A stretch of DNA of 63,899 bases, counting the filler, from Olpidium bornovanus S191 (Eukaryota; Fungi; Olpidiomycota), in assembly GCA_017911155.1 (NCBI GenBank). It is 26 parts of 26 records of this genome, joined end to end, with 100 filler letters (N's around TTAATTAATTAA, not from the genome) between each part and the next. Parts side by side here need not be neighbours in the genome. Positions count along the whole stretch, not along the records: positions 58,910 to 61,241 come from JAEFCI010006264.1; positions 61,342 to 62,685 come from JAEFCI010008438.1; positions 62,786 to 63,899 come from JAEFCI010007197.1; 23 more parts are not named here. The stretch is one strand, 5' to 3'. The notes under the pieces are model-generated. The model saw only the letters and a list, made by a program, of their open reading frames with translations, did not search any database and was not told the origin of the DNA. The translations under genes and the position numbers were made by a program. This document shows, in pieces, positions 60,188 through 63,899 of this stretch. Positions within the stretch are counted from its first letter, which is position 1. Each line of letters starts with the position of its first letter.

Positions 60188-61241
60188 ATGCCGCCGAAAA
60201 AACGGCCGGCGGCCGCGCCGCAGGTGTCCAACGAGGCGGGGCTTGACGAGCTGGAGGCCGGGGTGCTGGAGTTCTGCCGCGAAGTCCCGGACGTGAGTTT
60301 CGCCTACCTAAATCGTGGCGTCTTTTTGGGGGAAAACCTTCGCGCGTCCTCCGACGCGCGCGCGTGTGCGCGGCACGACCAAAAAGCAGCCCACAAACTC
60401 GTGCCCGCCCGCTGCCTCTTTTTTTTGGGACGCCAGGGAGCGACGCAGGAAAACCTGTCTGAAAGGTTTCCGGACGTGTCTGCCGAAGAGCTCATGAAGG
60501 CACTCAACGAGCTCGTGAAGAGGGTGGGTGCGTACCCCCCACGTCCGGGCTTTCTAAGCGCCTAAACCCGACCGGGCTTCCGTCGCGCCGGAGGGTAAGA
60601 CTAACAATGGCCGGCTTCCAGTCGCTGCTGGAGTTTTTGCAGCGCGGAAGCCAACCGCTGTTCAGGCCGATAAACGTTGACGTCGCCGACAAGTGAGCAC
60701 ACCTTTCGCGAAACCGGCTGGTCGCTTCGCCCGAGTCGGCCGTCTGAAATACGTCTTGGCTGTCGGCCGCTTCGAAACCCAGGCTATCATCGCTTGACGG
60801 CGAGGAGAGGATGATTTACAACGTCATTCGGGAGTCGGACAACGAGGGAGTCTGGACGAAGATCATCAAAAACAAGACCAATCTCCATCAAAACGTCGTC
60901 ACAAAATGCATAAAGAGCCTCACGCACAAGGGTTTCATCAAGGCCGTGAAGAGCGTCAAGGTTGCCGCACCCTCGCTGCTTTTTTTCGTGGGAAGTTTCA
61001 CGACAGGGGGTGCCGAAGATGAAAGAAGCGGCTTATGATTACCCCATTTCCCCCTTTTTCTGCTTTCGCTTTCTTCCTCCTTTGGGAATCGAAAAAGGCC
61101 GGCCCAACACGAAAGGTTTACATGCTTGCCGAGATCACGCCGTCCCACGAGACCACGGGGGGTGTCTGGTTCACCGACTCGGAGCTGGACACCGAGTTCG
61201 TCAACAGGCTGTGCTCCAAGGCGCTGCAATGTGTAGCAAAA
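60188..61241 (+). CDS. RPC34: RNA polymerase III subunit C34/RPC6, 3' truncated
   Basis: MIYNVIRESDNEGVWTKIIKNKTNLHQNVVTKCIKSL...IKAVKSVK and RKVYMLAEITPSHETTGGVWFTDSELDTEFV. Confidence 0.93.
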
Positions 61242-61341
61242 NNNNNNNNNNNNNNNNNNNNNNNNNNNNNNNNNNNNNNNNNNNNTTAATTAATTAANNN
61301 NNNNNNNNNNNNNNNNNNNNNNNNNNNNNNNNNNNNNNNNN

Positions 61342-61772
61342 CATGACGCCGGCGAAACGACGTGCGACTCCGCGTGGATCAACCTCTGCATCGCCGCCGC
61401 CGGCGACCAGTTTGACGGCCCCGTGTGCGGACTCATCGTCCAGCGTCGCCCGCGCGGCGACCGCATATCGATCTGGATACCGCGTTGCGACGAGGGGCGG
61501 CGAGCCCAGATAAGGTTTGAGTTCAACGAACTTGCGTTTTCTCGGGCTCTCGTTTACTTTTCCTGGTCGCTCCCCCCCCCCAGTTTTGGACCCCGACCGT
61601 TTGACCCCGTCCGTCGGTTTTTTCGTTTCCCTTCCCCCCTCTCCCCCTTCCGGGTTTGCTCCTCCTTTGTGCGTGGCGTGCAAGGGAGGAGATGCTGAAG
61701 TTCGCGGACGTCCAGTTCCCTCCGGACGCGCTTCCGGTCGAGTTCGAGGAGCACAACCGAGCCAACCGCTGA
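61342..61772 (+). CDS. eIF4E-family cap-binding protein, C-terminal fragment
   Basis: AWINLCIAAAGDQF...VCGLIVQRRPRGDRISIWI; intron 61515-61684; last exon ...VEFEEHNRANR* ends at 61772. Confidence 0.72.
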
Positions 61773-63057
61773 ACCGGACGGCACACCGAGCGACCGCCGC
61801 CGAGAGCGGCGCAATATGAAACGGTTTTCGGTCCTGCTGACCCCGCGGTCCCACGCTTTTCTCTTTCATCCACACTCCAGTTTTGCGGCGTCGGCCGTCT
61901 CTTGGTGCACTCCGGGGGAAAGCATCCCGGTCGGCGGCGCCGCAAGGGTTCCGCGGCTTCGGCGGAGGCGAAAATTCTGATTTCCACGGGCAAGCGCATG
62001 AACAATACGGATGGTAAAATGCATATCACGCCGGGCGAATAAAGGAAGCTGTTTCATGTTTCACGTGCGCCTGGCTTTCGATAGAAGCGCCTCATTTTTT
62101 TTTCAGAGCATCCCGTGAACCGAGGGGGAAGGGGGGGGGGGGAAGGCAAAATCCGGTTCCGTGTGCCGAGCGTAATGGCGCGGATGCGGAAGCGCGCGCC
62201 TGCTGCACGGCCATTCTGAATCTGCGAATCCCAAGAACCTGCGAATCTGCCTCCGTCTCCGTCTCCGGCTTTCCCTCCGTCTCCGGCTTCGGCTGACGTC
62301 GTACGCGACGTAGCACTAACATGTCGTAACATGCGCTACGTAGACAACTGCGGCAGCGCACCCAAAGCACCCTATGTACCCTACAGGCCCAACGCACTAC
62401 GCAATGTGCGCAACGCACTCAACTTACCCAAAATACCCAACGGCATCGACACAATGTACACAACGCAGGCCCGCAGCGTAGTACACGACGTAACTCAAAA
62501 GAAAAGGTTGCGAAGTCTCGCCCGGACGTGTAAAGCTTTCCCCGGTTTTGAAAAAATAAGCTTGCTTCCTTACTTCTTGCTCTCCCTCTTTCCCGGCGAA
62601 TTGACTGCCCGCGGTAGTTAACGGGCCCTTCAAATGCCAAAGTATCCTCACTCTGGCAGCCATTGTTCGGTAGCCGCAAAGCATGNNNNNNNNNNNNNNN
62701 NNNNNNNNNNNNNNNNNNNNNNNNNNNNNTTAATTAATTAANNNNNNNNNNNNNNNNNNNNNNNNNNNNNNNNNNNNNNNNNNNNCATGTACGCCTATAA
62801 AACAAGGGTTGGTGCGCTGAGTTATTGCGTGCTCAGGTGGTTAGGCGAACAGAATTAACCGGTAAATTTTAGTGCGCGATATTAAGTGTGGGGGTTTTTT
62901 GGGGGGGGCTACGGACTGCTGGTTCGCTTAAGAAAAATCTTCCCCCCAAGGGTTTTCCGCCGTTTGCAATAAATTAAAAAGGGATACAAAGTTGCTTCTG
63001 GGTGGTTGGTTGGGGGTGAGGGGTTGGGGGCAGGGTCTAAAAACGAGCTTTTTTTAT

Positions 63058-63807
63058 TCATTTTGCTTGCTTTGTGGCCCATTCCATCCCTTCCTGGACC
63101 CCGTCACCCAGCTTGGCCGACGACGGTTGTATCTGCCACTTGTGGTCGCGGATCGAGTGCAGGTTTAACGTCTGAGCTATCTGTTCATCGTTTTTTTTTT
63201 GTTTTTTTTTTTTTTTTTTTTTTGCAGGCCGGGTGCCGTCAGAAAAAGAGCGCGCGCGGGAGGGTTGGCCGAGGTGACCGGCGCCGCTCTCCCCGGAAAG
63301 TCTTTTCCCTTTCCCCCTCCCCCGCTCCCGCCAGAACAGGCGAGCGAGCGAACAAAAAAAAAACCTGTACCTTGTCTGCGGGCAGCGCGGTGGCGAGGTC
63401 CTGCTTGTTCGCGAACACCAGCAGGGAGACGCCCGCGAGCTTAGGCTCCTCCAGCAGGCTGTTCAATTCGATTCCGCTTTTTTTATGTTGGAAAAAAAAT
63501 TGCGGGGAGTGGGGGAGGGTTGCGCGGAAAATTCGTGCGGGGGGGGGGGGCCGGGAAGAAAAAAAAGAAAAAAAAGGAAAAGGAAAAAGAAGAAAAAAAA
63601 AGGAAAAAAAGGAAAAAAAAAAGCGGCGAAAAGAAAAGAAAAATCGTCAGGAGGGAAGAGGTTAGGGATTGGCCGCCCCGACAGTTTTTTTTTCCCCACG
63701 CACGCAAAACGCGGGTGCGCACGGCTCTTTCTCGGCCATCACGCATATAGTGCATATACGCACGTCTCCTCCAAACGTCGGCGATCGGAACTGTCGATCA
63801 CGTAGAT
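63058..63807 (-). CDS. ARL3: ADP-ribosylation factor-like GTPase 3, C-terminal three exons
   Basis: Exons 63807-63764, 63476-63371 and 63180-63058 give [84 protein letters not shown], which is closer to ARL3 than to ARL2. Confidence 0.85.
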
Positions 63808-63899
63808 CTGGAGGGAAACAACAACGAAAAAAAAAAAGAAAGAAGAAGAAGAACAAGAAAAAGGATGTGAGGGGGATTTGGGCACGACGACAAGAGGGC

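Noticed and set aside
1-63899. Gene clusters or functional linkage between neighbouring genes (for example several splicing factors in one window)
   Set aside because: The genes are on separate contigs joined by artificial spacers, so their order is arbitrary.

Overview
This window is not a contiguous locus. It is 26 short contigs (about 1.0-7.3 kb) joined by 25 artificial 100-nt spacers (N44-TTAATTAATTAA-N44), so adjacency across a spacer has no biological meaning. The DNA is GC-rich, intron-containing eukaryotic genomic sequence with GT-AG introns and CTRAC branch points. A GPI-type chitin-deacetylase tail and a Mid1-like gene point to a fungus. ARL3 (a ciliary GTPase), together with HAUS6, NOSIP, PRP38B and a KIAA0930-like gene, points to a flagellated, early-diverging one; an Olpidium-like organism is my guess and is unverified. 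Recognisable, mostly partial, genes are DES1, an MFS sugar transporter, KIAA0930/DUF2045-like, a GIGYF/Smy2 GYF protein, long-chain acyl-CoA synthetase, PRP38B, NOSIP, CWC15, ATP12, ATR/MEC1, HAUS6, SCC3/STAG, an HSP20-domain protein, RPC34, an eIF4E-family protein and ARL3, plus copia and gypsy retroelement pieces. The most interesting feature is at 2494-3044: a 132-bp copia-type LTR (TGTTG...CAACA) containing a full tRNA-like cloverleaf with an oligo-T terminator. It is preceded by a polypurine tract, followed by a half-tRNAiMet primer-binding site and an open ORF, and shares its PPT junction with an intact copia elsewhere in the window. Other leads are a predicted transmembrane-HSP20-LEA-like fusion, a candidate U12 AT-AC intron, a GG splice donor in NOSIP, an intron-split start codon in CWC15, and an unclassified dispersed repeat. 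All protein calls come from recognising motifs by eye; no database search was run.
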